Source: the human T2T-CHM13v2.0 reference genome, Homo sapiens
Reading direction: 5' to 3' (one strand)
DNA: 64,000 bases
NCBI RefSeq assembly: GCF_009914755.1
Contig: NC_060945.1
The notes under the pieces are model-generated. The model saw nothing but the letters and a program-made list of their open reading frames with translations. It had not been told where the DNA came from and made no database searches. This document shows, piece by piece, positions 1-12,755 of the stretch (its first letter is position 1; every line of letters begins with the position of its first letter). Both the position numbers and the translations under genes were made by a program.

Positions 1-185
1 TCTATTTTGTTATTCCTAAAAGAATAATAACTACAATCACCCTGACTTTCTGCTCTGGGGCACTTTTTCATCAGGGTGCAAGGAGGAGAGCCCAAACAAA
101 GTATGCATCCTGGCTAAGAAAAGAAGACAAAACTTAGTGTGTTGGGGGGCTGATGCCGCTAGGATTTGTCAGGCAGACTAGCAGA

Positions 186-277
186 GAAGAGAGCTATAGA
201 GAAATCTGCAGAGCACTTCAGAAAAGAGAGCTATACAGAAATCTACAGAGCATTTCAGAAATCTACATAGCACTTCA
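186..277. repeat. Short imperfect tandem duplication (~37-bp unit plus partial third copy)
   Basis: gaagagagctatagagaaatctgcagagcacttcag repeated as aaagagagctatacagaaatctacagagcatttcag. Confidence 0.75.
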
Positions 278-1262
278 GTTTCTTTGAGTCTGTGGCTAGA
301 TATTAATCTGCATATGCATGGAGTGAAACCCCATTAGAACAGACAAAGAATTACCAGGGATCCTTAATGTGATCAAATCCCAGAATTTAAACAGGACAAC
401 GATGCGTGAGTTCTGACCAGCCAGATTGCAGTGATTTTAGTGATTATCAAGGTTATTCAGTAGAAATTCCAGAAGCATAACATCTTGGTTGTAATACCTA
501 GCCTGAAAGGATTTTTTAGCTCCACCTTAATAAAGCTTAAAAACAAGCTTTAAAATAATCAAGGTAAACAAGCAATTTACCAAAATCAAATTTAACATTC
601 TTTGAAGGAAGAAAATAAAATGTAGACATTCAACAATTTAACATATACAATGTTCAGAAGTGAATACAACTTTCTAGGTATTCCAAGAAACAGAAAATAT
701 AATTTATAATCAGGAGAAAAATTAGTAATAAAACATTCCCAGAAATGATAAGAATGATGATACTATCAGATAAGAACAGGCAAACTGCCAAGAATGTAAA
801 GAAAGACAAAATGAGAAGTGAAATGGACATAATAAGAAGTGAAATGGAATTTGTTTTAAAAAATAAAATGGGAAGACCAAATGTAATTTCTAAAGGAGAA
901 TCTGAAATGCAAATTTTGCTGGATGGGATTAACAGAAGATTAAAGGCCAAGAAAAGATCAATGAACTTCCAGTCAAGCAATAAAAACCAGTCAAACTGGA
1001 GCACACAAGAGAAAAAGCCCCAAAGAAAAGTTTAACAGAGCCTTCATAATAAGACCTGTGGGACAAGAACATACAGAAGATTGGAATCCAATGATGTGTA
1101 GTCAAAAGAATAATTTCTAAAGAGGGAATAGACAAAAGTTTTCTTTAAAAAATAAGCTCTAAAAAAAACCCTATACAGTCAAGATTAATGAACTCAAGTA
1201 AGATAAAGATCAAGGAAACCACTCTAAGACATATCTTATCAGATTTCTGAAAACCAGTAATA

Positions 1263-1301
<39 letters not shown>

Positions 1302-1302
1302 A
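1263..1302. repeat. (TAAA)10 microsatellite
   Basis: Direct reading. Confidence 0.95.
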
Positions 1303-1399
1303 TGTCAGCCAAAGGAAAAAAAATACACTGTACCTACAAGGGAAGACTTTTAAGAATAACTACAGACATTTAGCTTTTAAAAAGTGAAAGTAATGTGGT

Positions 1400-2380
1400 T
1401 GAAATTGAAGAAGAAAATATTCTAAGCAAAAGAAACCAGACACAAAGAAATATACTGTCTATTTTTATGTAAATCAAATTTTAAAATGGGCAAAAGTAAA
1501 TTTAAAAAGATCAGTGTTAGTCCCTGAAGTGGGATAATTCAAAGCAATGATTCAGAAAGAAAATTTTTGACATATGAAAGGAAAATAAATCTTGGGACCC
1601 CAAACTCACTAAGCCAAAGAGTAAAGTCAAGGGGAAAGCTGGGTCATGCAAACCTGCCTCCCACTTGGTTCCTAAATAATATGACTACAAAGGTAAAAAG
1701 CTACATATATCCCTCACAACTTTCCCACATGGAAATTCTTTGTGGGCTCCAACATCTTTATCCTAAAGCATTTCTGTGAATTTGACCCTGGCAATATAAA
1801 TTGATAGTTTACCTTCACAAGGGCGGGACAAAGGATAGAGCTCAAAGTCATCCCTCTGCTCACCTGAGACAAATGAGTATCTGACTGCTTCCTCTGCCAT
1901 ATTATCTAAGTTATCTTACATAAAATTACCAATTCACTGAGCCAGATGAAGGCATGAGTGACTATTTCCTCTACTCTCCTCTCTCATGAAAATTGTATAT
2001 TCAGTGAAAGGCTGATCAAAGACTCCAGAGGGTGCAACTGTTTTGTCTTATTGTCTACTGACACATTTTAAAAATATTTCTGTTCCCTCAGTATCCACTG
2101 TTTCCCCTTTAAATACTGAAGCCCTCAAGATCATCTTCGGAGAAAGGCATAGACCTGCCTCCTGGGTGTGTGACCTTAACTTTGGCAAATAAACCTCCTC
2201 AAGTGATTAAGACTTGCTTTGGTAATTTTCTTGGATTTACAGAGATAATATCAATGTTACCTATCTGGGTTGTGATTACATGGTTTATATATTTATCATA
2301 AAATATCAATGTGTACACTTAAAATGGGTTTATTTTATTGTGTATAAATTTTTACTCAATAAAGTGGATTTCAAAAACAA
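1400..2380 (+). mobile_element. L1ME/L1MC-type 3' end, split by an LTR
   Basis: Typical 3' tail gtgtacacttaaaatggg...actcaataaagtggatt resumes after 2241. Confidence 0.65.
1573..2241 (+). mobile_element. ERV1 solo LTR, MER4 family
   Basis: Starts tatgaaaggaaaataaatcttgggaccccaaactcactaagccaaag (MER4-type start); polyA signal aataaa; ends ttaca; near-TSD gaca/gaga. Confidence 0.8.
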
Positions 2381-2449
2381 AAACAGAATAGAGGTCATAA
2401 AAGGCGAAGATGTAAACGTGTAAAAGTGTTCCTGACACGAAAAGATTAC

Positions 2450-2489
2450 CACAATCGCGCACTCAATTTCCTTATAATTCTTTAGGAAC
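2450..2489 (-). pseudogene. Candidate exon L of minus-strand spliced gene relic, (R)FLKNYKEIECAIV
   Basis: Acceptor tgtttctctgtcaccctag, donor GTG|gtaatc, open 40-nt frame, retains CpGs in unique DNA. Confidence 0.5.
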
Positions 2490-3339
2490 CTAGGGTGACA
2501 GAGAAACACATTGTTTTATATATGTATTTATATTTATATTTATATGTATATATTTTTGACTAACAACAGAAATCGAGGATATTCATTTACTGAGATATAA
2601 TTTTTCCTAAGAAGTTAATCTTGGCAAAGAAGGTGATGTTTATGTAAAAGAAACGTTTGACAACTCAAAGGCTAATGCTTTCAACTCTAGTTTTAGCAAA
2701 GGTACAAATGCTGTTCAAATAAATAATGCATGTACCAAATATCTTTACATGAAGTAAAAGCTTTTTTTGCAGCAGTTGAGACAACATGGCTCAGGTACAC
2801 TTTGGCTTCTACACATCTACTCTAATTCATTAATGGAGCTTTAGGATCTAGGAGAAGGCATAGTTAATACAGCCATTAGAGTAGCTCTTAAATATCTGAT
2901 TTCTCAAATGAAGGTTAGAGAAAATCTAGATTGTAATTAATTTATATATGCATATTCTGAGAAGAACTTTTAGTACATGTATTCTAAATTGTTGAATAAA
3001 GAGAAAGCCATGCACTTCAAATACCAGATATTTGTTAGACAAAGTTGCATTCTTCTGTGTAACATTAAAAGTAAAACTTGTATTTTCACCCAAAAAGAAG
3101 GCTATCACCCTTTAACACAAATGTAGAAAGTAAAAGTCATTTGGTACCGAATTGTTTTTTCTCTCTGAAAAAGAAAAAGAAGCTTTGGATCATCTCAGTG
3201 GTTAAAACCATAATCGATAAATATTCCAGTGCTCTGTATTATGTAATTGGAACAGAAAACTATTTTTTAGTTGGTTGTCATTCTTCTGTGCTCTTGAATT
3301 CTTCTAAAATTTACTTTGTCTTTCTAAAATTATTTTTCA

Positions 3340-3565
3340 TTTTATTTTATGTATTAATAATTGATCAATATTATTTTTGATGAACAAATCATCATATATA
3401 TTGATAAAATACACTGTGATGTTTTGACATATGTGTACAATGTGGAATGATCAAATAAAGCTAACAAACATATTCATCACCTCATGTACCTATTATTTCT
3501 TTTTGGTGAGACATTTGAATTTACTCTGTTATGTTGAAATAAGCAATATATTATTATTGACTGTG
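3340..3565 (-). mobile_element. L1MA/MB 3' end fragment
   Basis: tgtgatgttttgacatatgtgtacaatgtggaatgatcaaat...catcacctca...ggtgagacatttgaa is the reverse of an L1MA-type tail. Confidence 0.7.
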
Positions 3566-5406
3566 TAAAATTTACCATACCTTTTAAAAAATGGGCTGAG
3601 GGTTTAGATGCTGGCCAAGATGAAGTAATTTTACTATAACCTATCTCTTTCACTGATTATCTTAAAAACTCAGGACAAAATATTAAAAGTAACATCTGAA
3701 GACTCAGAGAAATAAGCAATAAAAGGCACATGGGGAAGGGGAAGTAAAAACTTGAAGAATATCCTTTTTGGGGTAATTTTTCCATTTCTTTCTGCTCTTT
3801 TATCTCCTATCTTGTACGTGAGGTATCTCTAGTCATAGAACTATGCAAGAGTTGCAGTCAGCAAAAACTCCATGCGAAACCAGAGGACCAGAAAAAGGGA
3901 TTCCTGCGAGCTGGACGGTGTAGAAGGAATCCCATTAAATTTTCTTGTTTCTCATTTTTCTCCCCTAACCCTGTTCTAATGGGCAACTGAAATTCTGAAA
4001 ACAACAACAACAAGAACAAAACCATGTTTCTGGCCTGAAGGACTGACTGAAAAACAGGCTCACATAGTCCAAGAGTGAGGATGGAATATCCATTATTTTC
4101 TGTCTTTTTTCCTCATTGCTTTGCCTGATAACAGTGACCAGTCATGAGGAAATGCACAGAAGAATCTTAGGTGACTAAAATTCTAAAAGAACTACTATAT
4201 TTCTCTCCAGATGATGGGGAAAAGGGAGTTCCTAGAGGCCAAAGCATGTGATGAGAATCCCAGAGAAGACAGTCTGGAGAGGGGGCTCCCCCAATTCTCT
4301 GTATAAAAAAGCACAAACATTAGGCTCACCCCTGAACTGCATGTATGTAGTACAGCCCCAAACTAACATAAAAAAAAGGCTTTGGGAACTAAATTACAAT
4401 AGAAACCAACACCTAAGGCCCAGACTAACTCCTCAGTGACACATGCCTGGAAGACACGAAAACAGCTTATCATTGACCTTGTAAATTGAACTAACATTAG
4501 AACCACCAACCACAGAAGGCGAGACAGATACATGGTCTGAAAGTAACTGGATTGATTGTCTCCTAAAACCAACCAACCAACCAACCAACAAACAAGCAAA
4601 CAAAACAGACATTTATGGGACAATTTTAATAGAACCCAGCATCTCGCAACTTCATATTTTCAAAATTAAAAATACAGTCTAAAATTACTCAACTTAAAAA
4701 AAGTCCCAGGAATATGTGACCAATTCTCAAGTGAAATGATAACAAAAAGATGCCAATTCCAAGATGAAGCCAATACTGGAATTATCAGATAAAGACTTTA
4801 AAACAGTGAGTATAATAACAGTGTTCCATGACTTAAAGGTAATCACCCTTGAAATGAATGAAAACATGGAAATTTTGGTAGAGAAGTAAAATGTATTTTT
4901 TTAAAATCCACATGAAAAATTTAGAACTAAAAAATATAACATTTTAAATAAGCACTGTATAGACTCAATAGCTGCATGGATGTGACAGACGGATGAGTCA
5001 TTGAACACAAATACAGAGTAATAGAAATTATTTAATCTAAAGAACAGAGGCAGAAGGCTGAAAAATTAACAGTGTTAGGAAACCGTGGAACAATATAAAA
5101 AGTTGTAAGTTAGCGCCATGTCATTGGTGTCTCAGATAAAGAGGAGAAAGATTGTTGAAAAAATGTTAAATAAAAATGTCTGAAAGCTTCTCAGATGTGA
5201 TGAAGGATACACATTTGTAAATTCGAGAAGCTTAGCAAACTCAGAGGGGTAAAGTTAAAAAATACCAGAACCAGACACATATCAAAATCAAATTGCTGAA
5301 AACCAAATAAAAAGAAAACCTGAAACTTTCATTCTTTATTGTTGGGAATGCAAAATGATTCAGCAAATTTTAATGATAGTTTGGCCGTTTTCAATTAAGT
5401 TACACA

Positions 5407-5845
5407 GAATTGAGCGTTGAGCACTATGGGTTTGAATGGCACAAGTTGACTAACATGTGAAATTTTCTTCTGCCTCTGCCCCCTACAACAGCCAGACCAT
5501 CCCTCCCCTTCCTCCTTCTCAATAGTCTACCAAATATGAACACAATGAGAATGAAGACCTTTATGATGGTCCTCTTCCACTTAATGATTTGTAAATATAT
5601 TATCTCTTTCTTTATGATTTTCTTAACATTTTCTTTTCTGTAGCTTCCTTTATTGTAAGAATACAATATACAATATACATAATATACAAAATATGGGTTA
5701 ATCAACTGTTTACATTATTGATAAGTCTTCCAGTCAACTGTAGGCTATTAGAAGTTACATTTTTGGGGAAGTCAAAAGTTATACACAAAGTTTTGACTGT
5801 GCAGTGGTCATACCTCTAGCCCCCATGTTGTTCAAGGGTCAACTG
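5407..5845 (+). mobile_element. Tigger2a (TcMar-Tigger) DNA transposon
   Basis: Internal gaagacctttatgatggtcctcttccacttaatg; right TIR tgttgttcaagggtcaactg followed by TA. Confidence 0.9.
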
Positions 5846-7199
5846 TATACATTTACTGTATGACCCAACAATTTCACTTCTAGGTATTTACCCAAGGTAA
5901 ATGAAAACTGAAGTTCACACAAAACCTTGTACATAAGTGTTTATAGTAGTTTTATTTACAATTTCTCAAAACTGGAAACAATTGGAATATGCGTCAACTG
6001 TTGAGTGGATAAACAAACTATGTCACCTCCATGCAAAGGAACACATCTGCACAACAAAAACGAATGAACTATTAATACTCCCAGAAGCGTGGATGAATCT
6101 CAAATGCATTATGCTTAGTGAGAGAAGCTACACTCACTATATTATTCAGTTGATATGACATTCTGGAAAAAGTAACCGTAATGCTCAAAACAGGTTAATG
6201 GTTGCTAGAGGTCAAGTAGGGAGAGGAGATGACTACAAAGGGGCAGCTTGAAAAATTTCTAGTGACAATGGAATTATTCTGCATCTTAATTTTGATGGTG
6301 GTGACATAACACTATGCATTTTTTAAAAGTTACAAAACTTCACAAAAATGTGGTTATTATTCTATGTAAATTAAAAGCTGAATAAATTAAAAACAAATGG
6401 AAAAGCTTATTAGTAAATATTGAACAAAATGTTCAAACAAAACCTTTCTAATGAACATATGTTATTGACATTCAATGTTAAATTGGCACTATTCTTTTCT
6501 CAATATTGTTAATTTAAAAACTATATCCTTCTTTATTTAAAACATATTATCAATATAGCCCAAATCTTCAACAACAAATTAGGAAATATACTAGAAATTA
6601 TATTTGCTTCTTACAACAGCAAAACAACAATAAAATACTTAGAAATAATCATATCAAAAAATGTTAACAGGATCTAGATAACAAAATATTTTTTCTACTG
6701 ACAGACACAAACAAAGAAAGGGTAAATAAAAGGTCAAGTTATGTTCTTTGATGGGAGAATAAATTATATTTTTAAAAATTAAGATCCCAATAAAAATATC
6801 AACATAGTATTTTTAAAACTATTGAAGTTGAATCTAAAGTTCATCTGGAAAACCAAACAAGTTTTTAAAAGCCAGAAATATTTTGGTCAATAAGAGAATT
6901 GGCTGTGGAGGATTGGGTGCAGCAGCTTAAACCATTATTCCATAATTATGATCCCATAATTAATTGTGCTCTTCTCTTTTACAAAGATGCAGACCAGTCA
7001 TTGGAAATATACATAAAATACAGAAATAGGCACAAATTCATTTGAATGTTACTGTGTAATAAAGCAATATTTTGTATCAGCAAGAAAAAAATGCACTGTC
7101 CAATTAATGGCGTTTTTATTACTACGACCGGAAGCCACCTGGAAAAACAAACTTGTGTTCTTATCTTACTCATTATAACAAAATATAAACTTGAGGTTA

Positions 7200-7568
<369 letters not shown>

Positions 7569-7691
7569 TCAGAATAGGAATGACTTAACACAGGATAGAA
7601 ATCTATTCAACAGATTCACACACATTTTTAGATGCGGTGACTTCACATAGGATGGAAACGGAAGTTTCCATGTGTAATATATAATGACTAC

Positions 7692-7815
7692 CTAGAGATA
7701 AGCCTGGTTAAAACAACCTCTTTTGAGATTATAAACTTTTCTGATTTTGCTCATTTGCATAACAAGAATCTTGGCCAAAGTGGCTATGTAGGTTTCATCT
7801 AGTTCACATATCTGG
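7692..7815 (-). pseudogene. Candidate exon K, QICELDETYIATLAKILVMQMSK..., apparent +1 frameshift
   Basis: Acceptor ctcccatcatag, donor TAG|gtagtc; removing one A from the AAAA run at 7744-7747 gives SEKFIISKEVVLTRLIS in phase with exon L. Confidence 0.4.
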
Positions 7816-7918
7816 CTATGATGGGAGTTCCTCCAGGCCAGTCAAACCCGGGGACACACATGGAATTCACAGTAACTAGTAAGCCACTTCTCTCTAGCTC
7901 AGTCGCAAAGTCTCTCAC

Positions 7919-8000
7919 ACTGAAGAATAACACACCACTGAAACTTCTCGCTGAGCTCCAGCAGCAGCCAATAAAAGTGTTCCTTTGCTCTTTGGTACAA
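7919..8000 (-). pseudogene. Candidate exon J, (I)VPKSKGTLLLAAAGAQREVSVVCYSS(V)
   Basis: Acceptor aatgtcttcag, donor GT|gtgaga, open frame, phase 1 in and phase 2 out matches both neighbours. Confidence 0.45.
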
Positions 8001-8248
8001 CTGAAGACATTTACATGGACATTTTTTCTTATTCTACCACTCCTTACTCTATTCCTATGTTTATCTCACAGCTGATACTTTTGGGGCTTTTCATTTATCA
8101 TTTTCTAGTTGACTCCTAAGATAAACAAAGAGCTTACAACAATTCCTAGTACATTATAGGCATTCATTAAATGTTTGCTATGCTGCTGTTGCTGCTAATG
8201 ATGGTCTTGCAAAATTTTTCATTTCAGAAGGTACCTAGTGTCACTTAC

Positions 8249-8324
8249 TCAGCAACATATGGATTGCATCTTTAGGAATTATCCTTTCTGTTGCATTAGA
8301 AGAATCCTTACCAGTTAGAAGCCC
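8249..8324 (-). pseudogene. Candidate exon I, GLLTGKDSSNATERIIPKDAIHMLL
   Basis: Consensus donor GA|gtaagt; acceptor weak (alternative at 8288); open frame. Confidence 0.4.
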
Positions 8325-8409
8325 CTGTTACCCATACATTATAATGTTATGGTTAAGAGATAAGTATAAACTATATTTAGGAGACATCTTTCCTAGTTAT
8401 TAATGGTTT

Positions 8410-8528
8410 GAACTTGGACAAGTTGCTTAAACATTTTGCCTCAGTTTTCTCATTTGTAAGCATTTGACAATAACATATATTTTGTGGAGTTTTTCTGAAG
8501 ATAAATCAAAATAATACAGGTAAAGTGT
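8410..8528 (+). mobile_element. MIR fragment
   Basis: ttggacaagttgcttaa...gcctcagttttctcatttgtaa MIR core. Confidence 0.75.
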
Positions 8529-8769
8529 CCCTATATACATCTGAGTATCCAGAGACGAGGGATGGGTCATGCTTTACTCCTCATTGTGTCTCCGGTGACA
8601 AACATAAAAACAAAAGTCATTTATCCATCTAATGCACAACTCTTTTTGGAAGGTACAATGAGCAAAATGTTCTCTAAGTTTCCTTTTAGTCCTCTATTAT
8701 ACATTTTATTGCAAGTTGTGGAAATAAATTATTCACATTGGATTTACGACGACACATCTTTCAATTATT

Positions 8770-9655
8770 AGTTATTAAGACATGGTGGTAAAGAATAGCA
8801 GCTAATAAATATACAAGATATGATCTATTTTTAAAATCATTATTTTGCAATCCAAAATATTTGGCACATTCAAGAATCATCTATAAATGCTACCCATTTG
8901 GCAGAAGCTTTTTAGGGAGTAGAATAACATATGGCCACAAAACATTACTATAGAGATAATTTATCAATTACAAAGGGGTAAATACACTTTTTCTATGGAG
9001 AGACCCAGTGGTCACCACTTTAGTGAACGAAATTAGCATTATCAATAATAAGACAACATGACATTATGGGCCTTCCTATGTGACACAATAAGAAATACTG
9101 TTATGAAAGATCCTGGCACAAATGTTAAATCTGAAATTGATCGCAAGGTATACATAAGAAAAATCCTAAACAATGACTGGCTTAACCTTCAAGATAACAG
9201 AATCATAAGCAGCCACAAAAAAGGTAAAACAATATTTTAGATTAAAAGCAACTAAAGTAGCATAACCACTAAAGGCAATGCATGAGCACTGGTTAATAGA
9301 TATAAAAAAATTGGGATGGACAATTAGGAATATTTAAATTGTCAACATTTTCATTTCAATTCTAAAAATAATTAATTTGACTACATTTCAAAACAAATAT
9401 ATATTTCAAATATTCTAACATATGACAATGATATTTTGCTTCTGTAGGGAATGATATATTTTGATAAGGAAGTATTCATATTCGTATGTATATATACACA
9501 CACACACAAACCCACATATATGTAAAGAGAGAGAGACACAGAGAGAGATAAAGAGAAAAATAAAGCAAATGTGACAAACTGTTAATAGTTGGAGAGTCTT
9601 GGTGAATTGTAAATGGGTGTTCGTGGTAATATTTCAATTTAATAAAATGGGAGGA
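8770..9655 (+). mobile_element. L1MC/ME 3' end
   Basis: aattacaaaggggtaaat...ggtcaccactt; aaagcaaatgtgacaaactgttaatagttgg. Confidence 0.65.
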
Positions 9656-10358
9656 AAACTTAATACATTGGGAAGAAAAATACATGGAAGTGAATTGTCT
9701 AATTCAAAACACATAACTTAGTAATGGGTTCTCTGGACAACTTTTACAAAAAGGATTCTAGAATAATCCAGTTTGTTAACTTGATTTTCTGTCACATAGT
9801 TTTCCTTCTGAACCGGAGGCTCAGTCCCTCACACCCCTGCTGGCATACATGCTTTTAGCCTTCATCCTATGTTGAGTTAGTATGCATAGTGTATACTCAA
9901 AAAATGCTAAGTTAATTGATTTTAAAATTAGCTCTTTAAGCACTCAAAACAATTTCAAAGGACACTCTGCTGAAAAACAATTATCTAATGTACTTTATAC
10001 TTAAATATTCATTCATTTTTGTATTCTACAATGTTGATATTGTCCAAATCTCTGCCAATCACTAGGAGAATATCAAGCTAAAAATTTACTAAATGATTTT
10101 TAAAAAGTATATTGCTTATTTGTCTCTTGAGTAGCATGTCAAAAGGGGACTTAAATTAACTCAGGGTATTTCATTAATCACTAGAGAAAAATGCCTAGGA
10201 CTCATTTTATTGTCAACATTTTGATGATACAGAATTCTAGAAAATTCATCATCTTATTTATGTTTCAAAACTTATACGACATATTTAAAATATTAACATA
10301 CTACAATGGTATTTTGCTCCTGTAGGAAACAATATATTTCAATACGGAAGTATTCACA

Positions 10359-10361
<3 letters not shown>

Positions 10362-10392
<31 letters not shown>
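10362..10392. repeat. (AT)n microsatellite
   Basis: Direct reading. Confidence 0.95.
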
Positions 10393-10395
<3 letters not shown>

Positions 10396-11002
10396 GTACA
10401 CATACAAACACACATATATGTAAAGAGAGACACAGACAGAGGGAAGTGGACTCCTCAAACACAATGCTTTAATATTTATCCTTAAGACTAGCATTGTTTT
10501 TGACATGACCCTATGATTAATCAAATGCTCGACAGAAGTAGACCACGTTGCTTTGAGTTTCATTAGCCTCACATCGATGTGTCCTAATAGGGAATAGTCA
10601 AGATGGTGTGTTGGCCTCTTTGTAGGGTGCATCCAATTTTAACATAACTTCCTGGTCTCCTATGTCAGATTATACCCAGGAAGGCCCAAGGAGGATCTGC
10701 CATCTTCATTCCCCATTTTAATTAGTTCTTCAAAGGCCAGAGAATGTCTCACAGGCACATCTTGAGAAGATCATCAAGGGAATTTGTGACATTGTAATAA
10801 CTATGCTTCAAAATACCACTGGAAAAAAATGATTCATGAAAGCCAAATATTAGCTAAGCTTTGCATATGATTTTAACTTTCTTTGCTTTTAATACAAGTA
10901 ACAGAGCACTAGAGTGACTATCCTTACAGGGACAGGAAGGCCCTTGACTCACAAAAAGAACTTGTTCCAAGGCATACAGCTAATTATTTTTATTAAAATT
11001 AC

Positions 11003-11101
11003 CAAAGGAGGATGCAAAGTAGCTTCAGTTTCTTCTTCAAGAAGGTATAACTTGCTTACTTGATAAGAATTGGAGATGAGTGGAAACTTATACTTTGTCA
11101 G
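11003..11101 (-). pseudogene. Candidate exon H, LTKYKFPLISNSYQVSKLYLLEEETEATLHPPL
   Basis: Acceptor attaattttag, donor TTG|gtaatt, 99 nt, only frame 0 is open. Confidence 0.5.
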
Positions 11102-11625
11102 CTAAAATTAATTCACACTGCAAGGGGAAAGTATTTGAATGGTATCCGGAATTGCTTTAAACAAATACACAAAGACTGAAGTACTTATGAGGAATTTTGT
11201 GAGGGAGCAGTTGGCAATTCTATACTGATTCTCTCCTACACTATTTTTTTTTTAGCTCTCCTGAAATTTCATGTATTTAGTTTGCTTTGGCAAGATTGTG
11301 TGGCTGAAGTAATATTAGTTTTCTTCCTATGTATCTTGCTGGGGAGGGGAAGAAGAAGAAGGGAGATGTGAGAAGAGGAAGACTTAGGATTATTATACTG
11401 CAATCCTACATAATAAAAATAGTTTAATCAAATGAATAAAGCTCTCTTTCTTTAAATATACTGGGATATAACTATTTAATAAGGCTCTTCAAATGCGTAG
11501 GCTGAGGTAATTTAAGCAAAGTAGCACTGGTTGCATAATTAATGTGACTATTCTGGCCTCAAAAACAGTATTTTTATTATAAAGCTCATTTTCATTCTCT
11601 GAATTTGGGAATTTTTTTCACTTGC

Positions 11626-11726
11626 CGAAGATTGTTTCACATTGAACCTGGGGTGAATGGATTCATCAGGATAGGGATAATTTTATTTGAAAGGGTGTTT
11701 ATATTTTAGGCAGCCCATAGGAATAC
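11626..11726 (-). pseudogene. Candidate exon G, (S)IPMGCLKYKHPFK*NYPYPDESIHPRFNVKQSS, in-frame stop, GC donor
   Basis: Acceptor tgtactgctcactag, donor TCG|gcaagt; phase 1 in and phase 0 out links F and H. Confidence 0.25.
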
Positions 11727-12092
11727 CTAGTGAGCAGTACAATGGGTATTAAGGTAACACATAGGAATCCCAGTTTATCCCCTTAGTTTATCGGGGTCTG
11801 TAACCATGTGGGCCATCAAGTAAAGAATGAATGCTTTTGTAGCAAACAGATTGCTGTGTATATTGGATAGGACAGAATTTTAAACAACAGTCATAAGCTT
11901 TGCCCTTCAGCCAAGTGAAAACGAAAATGATTTGTTCTTCCCTTACTGTGAATTTCTGTAACTCCTTTGACCTCAGTAAATAACAAAATCATTTTCCTTA
12001 AAAAAAAGAGGCAGCTATAGAAACTCTATAATGAACTTGACTTTCCCATTCTGTTCTGGTTGGGATAAAGTGGGCAAGTATGGGAAAATATT

Positions 12093-12172
12093 TTAGGTAG
12101 GTGCAAAAGTAATAGCGGTTTTTACCATTATGTTCAATGGCATAAACCACCATTACTTTTGCACCAACCTAA
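12093..12172. mobile_element. MADE1 (Hsmar1-derived MITE), full 80 bp
   Basis: TIRs ttaggtaggtgcaaaagtaat / attacttttgcaccaacctaa followed by TA. Confidence 0.95.
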
Positions 12173-12302
12173 TAACAGTGATCCAACTGCCTTAAACCCT
12201 CATTGGCAAAGGTAATAAGGAGGAATGTGAGTGTAGAGGATAGCTGGAAAGAGAATCTACCTATCTTTCCTTTCTCTTTCCCCAGCAGAGGCTTAAGGTG
12301 AC

Positions 12303-12755
12303 TGCTAGGGTTTGAACGTGTCCCCTCCAAAATACAGGTGTTGAAACTTAATGGCCAATGTGATAGTGTTAGAAGGTGGGGCCTTTAAGAGGTGATTAGG
12401 GCATGTGGGCTCCTCCTTTGTGAATAGGATTAAGGCCCTTATAAAAGTGGTTTCACACAATGTTCAGCTCTTGTTCTTCTGCCCTTTGCCATGTGAGGAC
12501 ACAACGTTTCTCCCTTTTGGAGGAAATAGCAACAAGGTACCATCTTGGAAGCAGACAGCAGCCCTCTGGAGAAACCCAAACCTGTTAGTACCTTCATTTT
12601 TGACTTCTCAGTCTCCAGGTCTGTGAAAAATAAATTTCTTCTCTTTATCTATTATCCAGTCTCAAGTATTTTGTATTTAAATAAAAAGAGCTTTATTTAT
12701 TTGATTTACTTGATTATATTTGTTATTTAGTCCTTAGTCTAAACAGACTAAAACA
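12303..12755 (+). mobile_element. MaLR solo LTR, MST family (MSTD-like)
   Basis: tgctagggtttgaacgtgtcccctccaaaat...aaacagactaaaaca; TSD gtgac/gtgat. Confidence 0.9.

Larger units (their letters stand above)
1..1375 (+). mobile_element. Old L1M 5'UTR/ORF1 fragment
   Basis: A-rich degenerate ORF1-like text (ctggatgggattaacagaagatta, aagacctgtgggacaag, gatttctgaaaaccag); ORF 745..1035 lies within it. Confidence 0.7.

Noticed and set aside
745-1035. 96-aa coiled-coil-like ORF
   Set aside because: Degenerate L1 ORF1 remnant
7692-8324. Resemblance of the relic peptide to RasGEF N-terminal (REM) motifs or GREB1-family short motifs
   Set aside because: Only a few residues match from memory; not enough to assign a family or gene symbol
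10510-10583. Possible extra minus-strand exon after acceptor ctattccctattag
   Set aside because: Gives DTSM* in phase with exon H and has no good donor; left out of the model
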